Positions 26,603 to 38,490 are shown, numbered from the stretch's first letter. The stretch: 64,000 nt of DNA from Eledone cirrhosa (GCA_964016885.1 OZ024745.1:67394001-67458000), one strand, 5' to 3'. Program-made: numbers and translations. Notes: generated by a model not told the origin, from the sequence alone.

Positions 26603-26925
26603 GAAAAAAAGATGAAATCGAAAATGCAACTGGAGTCTTATTTTAAAAAAATATATATATATTTATTTGGTTCCTTTACCGGTTTCGCTTTTCAAAAGTA
26701 GAGTTGAGATGGAGGGTCTAGAAAAATCACAGACCCTCCATCTCAACTCTACTTTTGAAAAGCAAAAGAACTGCGAAACCGGTAAAGGAACCAAATAAAT
26801 ATATATATTTTTTTTTAAATAAAACTCCAGTTGCATTTTCGATTTCATCTTTTTTTCTTTATACTTTCACTCGTGTAAGACACCTCGGTTATTTTCATTC
26901 TGTAAAAAAAAAAACCTCACTTTCT
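26603..26925. mobile_element. Fold-back remnant of Neptune-like PLE terminal repeat
   Basis: 26603-26719 inverted against 26731-26858; tail 26860-26925; intact U3-A8 HHR at 26750-26789; left copy has stem II deleted. Confidence 0.85.
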
Positions 26926-27042
26926 AATATATATATATATATATGGGGCTGGGCCATTGAAATATGTATTTCACGGAATTAAAATTTTACAGCATATCTT
27001 CCAATACGGCCTTCTGTTGTCGTTTTATAAACACACACACAC

Positions 27043-27112
<70 letters not shown>

Positions 27113-27196
27113 ATATATAAATAACAAAATAAGATGCTGAGGTTACATATATCGTTTAATCATATACATATATATACATATATATATATGTATATG

Positions 27197-27240
<44 letters not shown>

Positions 27241-27248
<8 letters not shown>

Positions 27249-27657
27249 ATCAAAAGATGGTTAAATAAGTTCCATGTATTTTATTATGCGCATTTCAAAA
27301 ACAAATATCATCATGCAATAACATTTGTGTTTTCATCAGATAAAATAGGAAAACATGATATGAAGGTTAAAAACACTTGTGGATAGTGCAGTTTTAAATC
27401 AACATATGTTGATTTAAAACTGCACTATCCACAAGTGTTTTTAACCTTCATATCATGTTTTCCTATTTTATCTGATGAAAACACAAATGTTATTGCATGA
27501 TGATATTTGTTTTTGAAATGCGCATAATAAAATACATGGAACTTATTTAACCATCTTTTGATCTTATATATTATGTATACTCCAGTCCTATAAACTGTAG
27601 AGTACTTCTTATCCGATATCTGCATTGCTTTATTGTACTACAATAAAACTCACCTCC

Positions 27658-27660
<3 letters not shown>
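27241..27660. mobile_element. 330-bp perfect palindrome plus tail in (TA)n, PLE-type
   Basis: 27241-27405 / 27406-27570 with centre AACAT|ATGTT and no spacer; unique tail 27571-27660. Confidence 0.85.
27464..27534 (+). ncRNA. Hammerhead ribozyme motif (mirror copy on minus strand 27277-27347)
   Basis: UAUUUUAU-CUGAUGA-AAACACAAAUGUUAU...AUGAUAUUUGUUUUU-GAAA-UGCGCA-UA-AUAAAAUA; 8-bp stem I, palindromic stem III. Confidence 0.8.
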
Positions 27661-27716
<56 letters not shown>

Positions 27717-27724
<8 letters not shown>

Positions 27725-28815
27725 ATTTACATATACATAAAGTCATAGATATATATGTTGCAACCGGTCACGTTGTGGCTCAATGAAGAATTAATAAATT
27801 AAATAATCAGAGCAATATATCATAAATCGGATATCCTGATAATTGGATGTCTAAAAATACGGACGAAACCATGGTAGAGATATAATTACGGTATGTACAC
27901 ATTTCTTCTAAGTTTGAATTTACACCTAATTGTGTATGGTTGACGGTTTATTTAGTCAGTTTCTACATGCTGTTGAAATGTTGGATAAATACTCTATTGG
28001 GGCCACCGCGAAGAGGCCGCTTTCGGTTATTTGTCGGAAATTTCTTCATAGGAGCCATTATTCTTATAGCCTGGTCTAATTGATTTTTTATAGGGTTAAT
28101 TATGCTAATTGGGAGAGGAAATGGTATATATTTTATCTAATAATTCTAAGGACATGATTTATGATATATTGCTCTGATTATTTAATTTATTAATTCTTCA
28201 TTGAGCCACAACGTGACCGGTTGCAACATATATATCTATGACTTTATGTATATGTAAATCTTTATATTTAATAATCTCCCGTTAGGTTGAGATACAATTG
28301 GGTGATATTGGGCTGCGCTTTCTAGCAACAAGCCTACCCGCCGTAAGCAACTAATCACATTCTTTCTAACTTGACCACTGCACGTCACGATTCTTAGCCA
28401 TTTTTTAATCTATTTTTGGCGCGATCACTTTGGAAAATTAAATGTCTAATTTTGAGTTTTCTCCTGATGAGTCTGTTACTCCGGATATCCTGATAATTGG
28501 ATGTCTAAAAATACGGACGAAACCATGGTAGAGATATAATTACGGTATGTACACATTTCTTCTAAGTTTGAATTTACACCTAATTGTGTATGGTTGACGG
28601 TATATTTAGTCAGTTTCTACATGTTGTTGAAATGTTGGATAAATACTCTATTGGGGCCACCGCGAAGAGGCCGCTTTCGGTTATTTGTCGGAAATTTCTT
28701 CATAGGAGCCATTATTCTTATAGCCTGGTCTAACTGATTTTTTATATGGTTAATTATGCTAATTGGGAGAGGAAATGGTATATATTTTATCTAATAATTC
28801 TAAGGACATGATTTA

Positions 28816-28823
<8 letters not shown>
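27717..28823 (+). mobile_element. Non-coding PLE/retrozyme-like element: 1.5 tandem copies of a 654-bp unit plus an inverted end
   Basis: Direct repeat 27828-28169 = 28482-28823 (offset 654); inverted repeat 27717-27828 / 28156-28267; TA tracts on both sides. Confidence 0.8.
28460..28534 (+). ncRNA. Canonical type I hammerhead ribozyme motif
   Basis: UCUC-CUGAUGA-GUCUGU...ACGGAC-GAAA-CCAUGG-UA-GAGA; GUA site; extra hairpin GGAUAUCC/GGAUGUCU within stem II. Confidence 0.85.
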
Positions 28824-28867
<44 letters not shown>

Positions 28868-28875
<8 letters not shown>

Positions 28876-29528
28876 ACGCTGGATGAAGCAGGAAGCCATG
28901 CGGAGGGAATGGGTTTCGAAATCGTCGTCCTGGCTACAGAGCCGACGAAGACGGAGGAATTGGGAATAAGGTATGGAGTGTTTGGTGTGGTATGAGCTGG
29001 ATGGGAAGAGGCGAAGTCGATTAGGAGTCTGTTGGTTTAATGAAAATGGAAGTAGAAAGGGTGTGGTGGGACAAACGGGACGCCGTATGTCGTTTTGCCG
29101 TATTTGAGGGACATACGACTCGGTTTGGACACTCCTGTTACCCGTCATTTCTGTTCTCCTGGTCATTCTTCCCTACACGTTTCAGTCCTGGGTGTTCTTT
29201 TACATCATGGATCACAGGCCTCGCGCACCAGGACTGAATAACGTCTGATTCACCGCTTTGGGTCTTATTCCCTTCTCGGACTCAACTCACCTCCCCAATT
29301 TCTCTAATACCCCGTCGATTATCACACCCTAGATTCCTATCACTTTCTTTTGATCATTAACATCTTCTCTTACAACTAATACAGGCCAACTATATATTCT
29401 CACTCCACTTTTCCCTTCACACACCCTTATATTAACATACTTTTGCTCATAGCTTCCTACTTACATGCACACACACTCTTTTACTCACATATACACACAC
29501 ATTTCTTCTTAGCTTCGTACGGACGTAT

Positions 29529-29609
<81 letters not shown>

Positions 29610-29885
29610 ATTACGCACGTGCACAAGTATAGCTCTTTTTACAAAACAGTTTTTTTTTTTTCATTTCAGGTAGACGCGTTCCATCATCCACTTTTCTAAA
29701 AAATAAATCATATACAAAACGCCAGCACGAACAGTTTTGCAAGAGATGTCAACATGAATGGACCTATTATTCTTATCTAAAGACATTTTTCCAATTCCAA
29801 CCCGCCCGTCCCCTCAATCTATCTTATTTCTCATTTCTTCTGATGAAAGAGTAACGTCCGAAATGTTAAGACCCTCTTCCTGCTA
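28868..29885 (+). mobile_element. Truncated Penelope-like element with inverted 5' piece
   Basis: Minus 28868-29030: HTKHSIPYSQFLRLRRLCSQDDDF...FIQRGY (RT C-terminal extension). Plus 29066-29308: VGQTGRR..RDIRLGLDTPVTRHF..GHS...E*RLI..GLN (GIY-YIG). Degenerate HHR at 29836-29871. Confidence 0.8.
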
Positions 29886-29908
29886 TATCAAGGGTTAACC
29901 TAATATAT

Positions 29909-30001
29909 TCGGTTAATAACAGAAATAACAACACAATCGGTACAGTATATGGAATTTCCATATACTGTACCGATTGTGTTGTTATTTCTGTTATTAACCG
30001 A
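29909..30001. repeat. Perfect 46-bp-arm palindrome with 1-nt spacer
   Basis: TCGGTTAATAAC...ATATGGAA-T-TTCCATAT...GTTATTAACCGA. Confidence 0.95.
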
Positions 30002-30517
30002 CATTAGGGAGATACGAGTTTCGATTCCTCGTAGCAGCTGATGGCAACTTCTTTTTCCGTCTGTAAGGGACTTCACTCTATTCTATAAGCCATTTTATAG
30101 CATCTCCGCGCATGAGTACAGCATTCTTTATATTAACTTTATTTTTTCAGCGCTTCGTAAATTTAAGAGATTGGCTACGTATATACGATGTTTGTTTAAA
30201 TATATATTTTCCTGCAATCGATAAATAAATCATTATATATCTTTTCTGTGTATCAGCTTGATAGAAATGACCAAAGCGGTAAAGCAGGCTATGGGGTGTT
30301 GTGACCTGTCATGTAATTTGGCGTGAATGAGTGTGAGCTGTGTATTGGAAAATGTAAACTTCGTAAATTTTTTTAATGTGGTAAGAGCCAGAAGTGTCAA
30401 ACACTGAAAGTTGAAATTGATTTATTTGGGAGAATGGGACGCACAATGGGCACGTTGTAGAGCTAGTCTAGATCGCTAAACCCCCAGACACATACTATGA
30501 CAACAACATTATGAAAA

Positions 30518-30889
30518 CTAGAAGAAAAACCACCCTTCGTGTGGTTTTCTGCTAGCATGTGTAGTGTGTATATTGATATTATACGCAGGTATATATACAT
30601 GTAGATATGATACGTCAAATAAAATCGTAATTGACAATATATAATACATAGAATTTGAACGAAGACTGCGTTACACTGTCTTATTTAATCAGTAACGTAA
30701 TCCATGATACATTAAAAAAGACGATATTATATATAAACTACATTAAAACAACAGCCACAAAATTTAGTAGATAAATTATGTAATATTCATTCATTATTTA
30801 TTCAAAGTAATCCAACTTATTTTACAAATGGGATAAAAAAAAAATAAACCGTACGCAATCCCGCAGACCTTCCTTTATTATAGTTTAGA
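30518..30889 (-). mobile_element. Non-autonomous Helitron
   Basis: Minus strand A|TCTAAACTATAATAAA... ending in a GC hairpin and CTAG|T; insertion between A and T with no TSD. Confidence 0.6.
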
Positions 30890-31419
30890 TATCTTACTAA
30901 ATGGGGATTTCACAACGGAACTCGTGATGAACATCAACCACATTTTCTATCCTAAAATTCCTATACAATTAGACTAAACTTAGTTTTATATATGGAATTT
31001 GTTAACTAGATACATTATGATTGCTTAAGAAAGGATGGCCTCTCTGTTGTGCTTGTAGCAAGTTACTTTCTTGCGCATTGATACCCTTTCCGCGCGTTGT
31101 TTGGCTGAGTTCAGCCAATTGCTGACAGCGTAGGGAAATGTATCTCAACTTCCGCCCAAATAGAGAAATTTCCGCTTCTTTCGATAAACTCTTTCTCTTT
31201 GCAGCTCAACATCGCTAATTTTGTTCCTCAAGCATAAACAATATGTAACAACAAAACATCACTTCGGGCCTGGCTAACGCCTCAGCCAGTTGACCGTACC
31301 TTCTCAAACATTAATTTTGTTTGTTCATTTCTTTTGGTATGCCAGCCCAGCTAACGTAGCTCAACTTCTCGTCTTTGTTAATAAATTACATTAAAACGTT
31401 ATAAAGTCTTATAATTTTA

Positions 31420-32350
31420 TCTCCTTATAATATATAACCAGAAATTTCTCTGTCTGTCTGTCCGACAGTGGAAACACGTGCGTAGAGAGAGAGTGAGAGT
31501 GAAAGAAAGAGACAGACTACGAGAGGGGGATAGCGGGAGGGAGAGAGAGAGAGTGAATAGACGCTAAAACACGTGCTACAGAAATATTACCTTCCCCTTC
31601 CTTTATAGAAACATTACCTTCCCCTCTCCACTGACTTTGGTCACTGAGGCCGAGGGAATCGCTGGTTGCTATAGAGACACCTTGCATAAACCAGAAGTAA
31701 CCAGTTCAAGGCGGTTCTGACTTGACACCATGCGAAGAAGCTTGCCATTGAATTTGTGGTTGTTGCTGCTGATAATAAGGACCATTTGAAGAAGGTTGCT
31801 GCTGATGAGGTAATTTATTAATCAGATTGCGCAGTTCCATAACCTACGTTTGATTTGTTCAATTTTTTTCTTCAATTTTTTTTTGTTGTTTTTTTTTATT
31901 TCTTATTGAAAAAATATAAATAATAAAATAAGGTTAGAAATTTAAATACAATTAAATACGATTTAATTTCCATTTCCAGCAGCCAATGTCCAGTGTTCAA
32001 TTTCATGAAAAAATTGGAAATAATTCAAAAAATTGAAGTTTAACTTTTGAACATTTGTTTTGACAATAAAAAAATATTTCCTTATTCACACCTAATGGTA
32101 TGATTAAAATTTCATAGGAATATTTTTTTCTAACCGCCAGTTATTTATTTTCTCCTTTTTTGTTTTAACATATATTTATTTCAAAGATTTCACCGTATAG
32201 ATAACATATATATTTATACATGCATAAAAGACACACCGAGAGACGGTGAACATGTGGTGCCGAAAACATTTCTCATCCAAATCTCAACAATATCAGTATA
32301 TACACTAGATTTGCTAGCAGAAAACCGCCCACCGGGTGGTTTTCTGCTAG
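31420..32350 (+). mobile_element. Non-autonomous Helitron unit 1
   Basis: A|TCTCCTTATAATATATAACC...CTGTCTGTCTGTC start; end CTAGCAGAAAACCGCCC-ACC-GGGTGGTTTTCTGCTAG. Confidence 0.7.
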
Positions 32351-33044
32351 TCTCCTTATAATATATAACCAGCAATTTCTCTGTCTGTCTGTCCGACAGT
32401 GGAAACACGTGCGCGCGTGGTTGCTATCTCTCTCTCCAGCTATCCCTCTCTTTTAGTCTGTCTGTTTCTCTCACTCTCACTCTTTCTCTTTGTAACACAC
32501 TAACATTCCTCCCCTCTATTGCTGTGACGAATGGGGAGATGGAGGAGGAGGAGGAGGAGGAGGAGGAGGAGAGAGTCACTTCGTCACTTCACCTCTGCCT
32601 TTCTTTCTCTCCCCTCTCACTCCCTGTCGTCGACCACTGATTCCAACAACCAGCGTTCTAGGCCAGCACATGACACCTGCGTTCCCATCCATGGCACGCG
32701 CGACCTTAGAGTAGTTACCATGGAGATCTAGCCAGACACAGCCGAGTTCTTTGAATTTACAGACGACAACTTTAAGACTGGCTTTTGGTGTTTTAACCAA
32801 CTCACTGGGGCTGAGCATATAATATATATATATGTATGTGTGTGTTATATGTGTGTGTATGCGTGTGTGTGTGTTATATGTGTGTGTATGCGTGTGTGTG
32901 TGTATATTATATGTGTGTGTGTTATATGTGTGTGTATGTGTGTGCGTGTGTGTGTTATATATGTGTGTGTGTATTATATGTGTGTGTGTATGTGTGTGCG
33001 TGTGTGTGTTTTATATATGGGTGTGTGTTATATGTGTGTGTGTG

Positions 33045-33077
<33 letters not shown>

Positions 33078-33547
33078 ATATATATATATATATATTATAT
33101 ATATATATTATATATGTATATTATGTGTGTCTCTCTATATATATACATATATATAGGTTTAAGTGTGTATGTGTGTGTTAGCGTGTGTGCATATGTGCGT
33201 ATGTATGAGTGTGTGTATGGTATGTGTGTGTTAGCGTATGTGTCTGTATGCGTGTGTGTCTGTCTGTGCGTGTGTCTGTGTGTATCTGTGTAAGTGTTTG
33301 TGTGTGTGTACAGGAATTCATAAGTTTCCTAAAATATGTCTGTATGCTTAATTTTTCTTAAAAATTATAAACTGGTTCTTCCTGTCAGAGATAATAATCT
33401 GATTTGAGAATAATGCATCTCAAAATATGAACATGGGTGTATATATATATATATATGTGTGTGTCTGTGTTTGTGTTTGTGTGTTTGTGTGTGTGTTAAA
33501 TATATATCGACTAGCAGAAAACCACCCACCGGGTGGTTTTCTGCTAG
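32351..33547 (+). mobile_element. Non-autonomous Helitron unit 2 (head-to-tail with unit 1)
   Basis: Same ~60-bp 5' end directly after the CTAG of unit 1; same palindromic 3' end at 33511-33547; different interior. Confidence 0.7.
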
Positions 33548-33979
33548 TCTATATATCTAAAACAGAGAATGTCTGTCTGTCTGACATCCTCAAACTCGAG
33601 AACCACCTAACCGATTGTTTTTAAACTTTACACATGTAATACTTATGGTCCTGTGAGTGTTTTGAGCAAAACTTCAATTTTCAATGCCCTAGGGACCGCA
33701 TTAGGCGATTTAGCGATCTCTCTCTATAATTCTTAGTCTTTCTTTTTAGATAGATACACCTTGCGCCCTTATAATATCTGTCTGTATGTCTGGCTGTCTG
33801 CATTGCGACATTATGACGTTATATGTGTGTGTATATGTATATATAGTGTGTGTGTATACATATAGTCTGTAACGTTTTTAGAAATATTTACTTCTGCGTT
33901 CACAGATCGATTTTTTTAGTTTCAGAAGATTCCGTTAAGGGTGAAAGCAGCGATTCTTTGCTTAAACTTTAATCTGTTA

Positions 33980-34040
<61 letters not shown>

Positions 34041-34522
34041 GAGGTGTAATATATTAGTAAAAGGAAAAGAAAATGCTGACAAATTTTTCCCAGTGAAAAA
34101 TAGTTTAATTAGGAATAAGTATAAATTAGTAATAAGTATTCGTTAGTATTCAGTTTTAGTTTTAAGTTTTTACCGGTTGCGCATTTCTAATGCTTTTCAA
34201 AAATAATTTTGAGATAGAGCACTCGTGATGTTTGCTCTAATCTGATCAGTTTTGGAAATTCTTCCTGTTTTATTGCTCGAGAGGTATTAAGATTTGGTTG
34301 GTTGTTAAATATCACGTGAATGAGTACTATAAATTTCGCGCCAATTCGTGTTGCAAAAATTCTTGTAGTCAAAACAATTTTTGAAAAGCATTAGAAATGC
34401 GCAACCGGTAAAAACTTAAAACTAAAACTGAATACTAACCAATACTTATTACTAATTTTACTTATTCCTAATTAAACTATTTTTCACTGGGAAAAATTTG
34501 TCAGCATTTTCTTTTCCTTTTA

Positions 34523-34611
<89 letters not shown>

Positions 34612-34861
34612 TCGTGTGCAGATACTTTTGCATACACAATAACAAAATATAAACAAAAGTATTTATTTCGCGATAAAGTATTGATTTTCTTCGCACGGAA
34701 AAAACCCTGGTAATCTAAGACGAATTTTTTTTATAAGCACAAAATGTAGACAGCATCCCAAAGCCGAAGTATTCCGTACTTCTCTGTACTGTTTCAGAAA
34801 GGAGAGATAAACATGCCAATCTATGTTTAGAGTCCCGAGCAACGTCGGGCCATTCTGCTAG
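33548..34861 (+). mobile_element. Non-autonomous Helitron unit 3 (different family), interrupted by a PLE fold-back
   Basis: Start TCTATATATCTAAAAC...GTCTGTCTGTCTG; end hairpin CCCGA-GCAACG-TCGGG then CTGCTAG|T. Confidence 0.65.
34051..34530. mobile_element. PLE-type fold-back insert in (TA)n
   Basis: ~153-bp inverted arms 34051-34203 / 34378-34530; the spacer shares AAATTTCGCGCCA.TTCG.GTT with the Neptune-like 3' UTR near 36190; each arm has an HHR-like motif. Confidence 0.8.
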
Positions 34862-35037
34862 TATATATCTAAAATAAATGCTTCTAAATGCTTGATAACG
34901 ACATACCTGAGGATAAACAACAAATGCAACAACAATCTTGGTTGAATCAGCCAAAAGACTGACTGCACGTGTATGCCGGATATACTTTTACTTATGGTAT
35001 ACTGGGTAAATAGAATTAGAAAATTGTAATAGAAGTA

Positions 35038-35260
35038 TTAAATGTGTTTACACTTGGCACAAGGCCAGCAATTTAAAGGGATGGGGGTAAGTTGATTAAA
35101 TTGACCCCAGTTCATTAGTGATATTAATTTTATCGATCTCTTAAGAATGAAAGACAAAACTAATCTCGGCGGGATTTGAACACAGAACATAAACGGACGT
35201 AACTATATGCCGCAAAGCATTTTGTTCGACGCTCTACCGTTACTGCCAATCAACTGCCTT
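35038..35260 (-). mobile_element. SINE family A (diverged)
   Basis: Reverse complement similar to 5642-5826. Confidence 0.7.
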
Positions 35261-35722
35261 AATTAGAAGTATTAATACAATTTGTAATGTTATTTTTACG
35301 ATCATCTTTGGCTCTCTGTAATGAATGGTACTCGTTGTGAGAATCTTTTTTTAACTTAGCTATACTGATCAAAAACCTATTCAATCTAGGTATATATTCG
35401 TTGTTATTAACGAACGGCTATTGTAAACTCCTCCCATTGCAGTTGATGCTGTAGGGAGACTACAATTAAATGTTACACAGCAGAGAAATAAACAAGTGAC
35501 ATAAATTCCTACCGTTTGGAACTTTAAGGTTAATAAATGATATATTTTTAACACACACACATACCATGTATGCATGCATACATACATCTAGCTAAACAAC
35601 ACAAACAGATATACTAATATACACACATTCAAGTATGCCCAAACAAATCAAAGAATGAATGGAATCATTACAGTAAGATTTTATTTACATATGTGTGGTG
35701 TGTGTATACACATGCGCGCACG

Positions 35723-35754
<32 letters not shown>

Positions 35755-35861
35755 AGGAACAAGGGGTTGTGTGGTTACTTGATAAAGTGTATTTAAAAAT
35801 AAAAATAAAGCACAAAGACCTATTCTTTGTTTGTGCTTTCCTTATATATATATATATATAG

Positions 35862-35947
<86 letters not shown>

Positions 35948-36017
35948 AAAAAGGGATGAAATCGAAAATGCAACTGAAGTCTTATTTTTTTTTTTAAATA
36001 TATATATTTATTTGGTT

Positions 36018-36055
36018 CCTTTACCGGTTTCGCAGTTCTTCTGCTTTTCAAAAGG
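36018..36055 (-). ncRNA. Hammerhead motif, U3-A8 core variant (best-paired copy)
   Basis: CCUU-UUGAAAA-GCAG AAGAA CUGC-GAAA-CCGG-UA-AAGG. Confidence 0.7.
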
Positions 36056-36835
36056 TGAGTTGAGATGGAGGGTCTGTGGTTTTTCTCACATCTGGTTGGT
36101 CTCTAAATGTTACTTGTTTTATATGGAAAAACTGGCTCGAAAACCAGGTTTTTCGAGAAGTAATTTGATTGGTTTGTCAATAATTATAATAAATTTCGCG
36201 CCAGTTCGCGTTACAATAGTTCTTCAAATAAGAGAGGGGGGGGTTGTCACAGGTTGTTTTTTCATATATGAGTGTTTGAATTTCTTTTTACTTGAAAAAA
36301 TGAGGCTCACGAAGGCTTTTTTTTGGGTTGGTTATAAATGAAATTTGGCTGTCACGTGAACAAGTTTTCATTACATTTTTGCGCCCTTATTTGGAAAACT
36401 ATTCTGTAGTCTTTATAGTGAATGTTATGACAATGGAGAGATAGTGGTCAAGGGAAAAGGGATTGGGAGAAATGTTCTGGTTCAGTGAATATGGCCAGCT
36501 GTCAGAGTTCAGGTGTCAGAGTTCAGATTTTCTATTGAGACTGAAGATATGTGTTTATTTGTGTGCTTGTGTGTGTGTATATGTGTGTGTGTGTGTATGT
36601 GTGTATTGGAAGATGATTCTATTAGTAGAGATGGGGGAGGGAGTTGTGTGTGTGTGTATATGGGTGTTATGTGTGTGTGTGCGAGTATGTTAGATAGAGA
36701 GAATATATATTTTTTGTGTGTGTGTATATATATATGTGTGTAGGAAAGTGGTTCTATTAGTAGAAATGGGGAGGGTGTTGTAGGTGTGGGGGTTTTTATG
36801 TGTGTGGGAGTATGGTTAACATGTTAAGATGAAGA

Positions 36836-36880
<45 letters not shown>

Positions 36881-37084
36881 GTGTGTGTATGTGTGTGTGT
36901 AGGAAAATGATTCCTTTAGTAGGAATATTTTTGAATGAACATATTTTCCTGACTTTTTCGTGTTTGCTGTTGTATTGCCAGTGCAAACGTATGTTTAAGG
37001 TTTATTTAGTTCGGGTTTTTATTTTCTAAAGTAGGTGTTATGTGTGTGTGTGTATGTCATATTGTGGTGTTGACATAATGTATA

Positions 37085-38407
37085 TTAAACCTTATTTAAT
37101 GTTGGTCTATATTTTTGAATAAACATATTTTCCTTATTTATTCGCATTTGTTCTGTTGTATTGTTAGCGCAAAGGTAAAATGGGAAGACTTGGAATTTGG
37201 GTGTCTTATTACTTGCGCAAATGTCTAGATGTGCACTTAGTGGTATTTGTCTCGTGGTTGGATCTCGTAATTGTTGGCGATGAACTGTCATTCTGTTTCT
37301 GAGTGTGAGTTTAGTTTGTCCTATATAATCTTCATTGCATCCTTTACATTTAATGGCATAAATTAGATTTTTTGATGAGCAAGTGAAGTGATTTTTTACA
37401 GTAAAATTTTGTCCTGATTTAAATGTATACGTGTTGCCTTCAATGAGGTGAGTGCAGGTTCCACAATTAGAGCGACCACATTTTTTGATACTTGGTTGTG
37501 GGTTTGTGGTAGGTAATTTGGCATTGGTGAGTAATGTTTTCAGTGATTTTGGTTGTCTTTTGCTTTTGATTATTTTGTGTGTTTCAAGGGCTTTTTTCAT
37601 TCTTGGGTTTTGTTTTAGTAGTGGGATGTTATTGTGAATAGTGTTGTAAGCTTCCGCATTTCTTGGGTTGTGTGTTGAGATATATGATAGAATATTGGAC
37701 GTACCTTGAATTTGTTTCTGTTTCCGTAATTCATCAATGCCTATTGCTTTAGCCCTTTCTATTCCATTATTTATTAGTAATAGTGGGTACTCTCTCTCAA
37801 GTAGAATTTCCTTTAATTCTTGAAGTCTTTTATTTCGCGTTTCATAATTGGAGACAATTGTGCAAATTCTTCTTGCTAGGTTAAAAGGAATGTTCGTCTT
37901 CGTGTGCTTTGGATGGTTGGAGGTGAATAGCAGATATTGTTTGGAATCTGTTGGTTTGTAGTGTATGTCAGTTTCGATATTTGTGTCTTTTTTTGTGATT
38001 AAGATGTCCAGAAATGGGAGTTGATCTTGGCTGTATTCCATTGTGAATTGGATGTGGTTATTGATGCCGTTTATTAAGTTTTTGAAATCCTTCAGTTGGT
38101 CGAGTGTGTGGGACCAAAGAATGAGGCAATCATCCAAGTAGCGTTTCCAATTCTCTGATAAATATTTGTGGAAGTTCAATCCGTATTTTGATTTGGACTG
38201 TTCATATATCTGGACTTCTAAGTATGTCATGACTAAGTTGGCATAAGTTGGAGCGGCTTTTGTGCCCATCGCAGTCCCCGATATTTGCTTGTAAGTATTG
38301 CCATCGAAATCAAAAAAGGTGTTCTGTAGGATGAATTTTAATCCCTCGGTGATGAAGCTTTTTTCTATTCTGTCAGGTATCTCATTGGGATATTTCTCTA
38401 GCCAGAA
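37085..38407 (-). CDS. PLE polyprotein: RT C-terminal half plus GIY-YIG endonuclease (5'-truncated, open frame)
   Basis: GTAMGTKAAPTYANL, WKRYLDD, LPFLDI, YKPTD, SNHP, CGRSNCGTC linker, NLIYAIKC..C..YIGQT; the frame continues upstream of the annotated ATG to ~38407. Confidence 0.92.
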   Translation of the reverse strand, partial: FWLEKYPNEIPDRIEKSFITEGLKFILQNTFFDFDGNTYKQISGTAMGTKAAPTYANLVMTYLEVQIYEQSKSKYGLNFHKYLSENWKRYLDDCLILWSHTLDQLKDFKNLINGINNHIQFTMEYSQDQLPFLDILITKKDTNIETDIHYKPTDSKQYLLFTSNHPKHTKTNIPFNLARRICTIVSNYETRNKRLQELKEILLEREYPLLLINNGIERAKAIGIDELRKQKQIQGTSNILSYISTHNPRNAEAYNTIHNNIPLLKQNPRMKKALETHKIIKSKRQPKSLKTLLTNAKLPTTNPQPSIKKCGRSNCGTCTHLIEGNTYTFKSGQNFTVKNHFTCSSKNLIYAIKCKGCNEDYIGQTKLTLRNRMTVHRQQLRDPTTRQIPLSAHLDICASNKTPKFQVFPFYLCANNTTEQMRINKENMFIQKYRPTLNKV

Positions 38408-38490
38408 TCCTTTTTCATCCCTTTTTCTTTATACTTCCACTCGTGTAGGACACCTCGGTTATTTTTCATTTTGTAAAAAAAAAACCTCAC

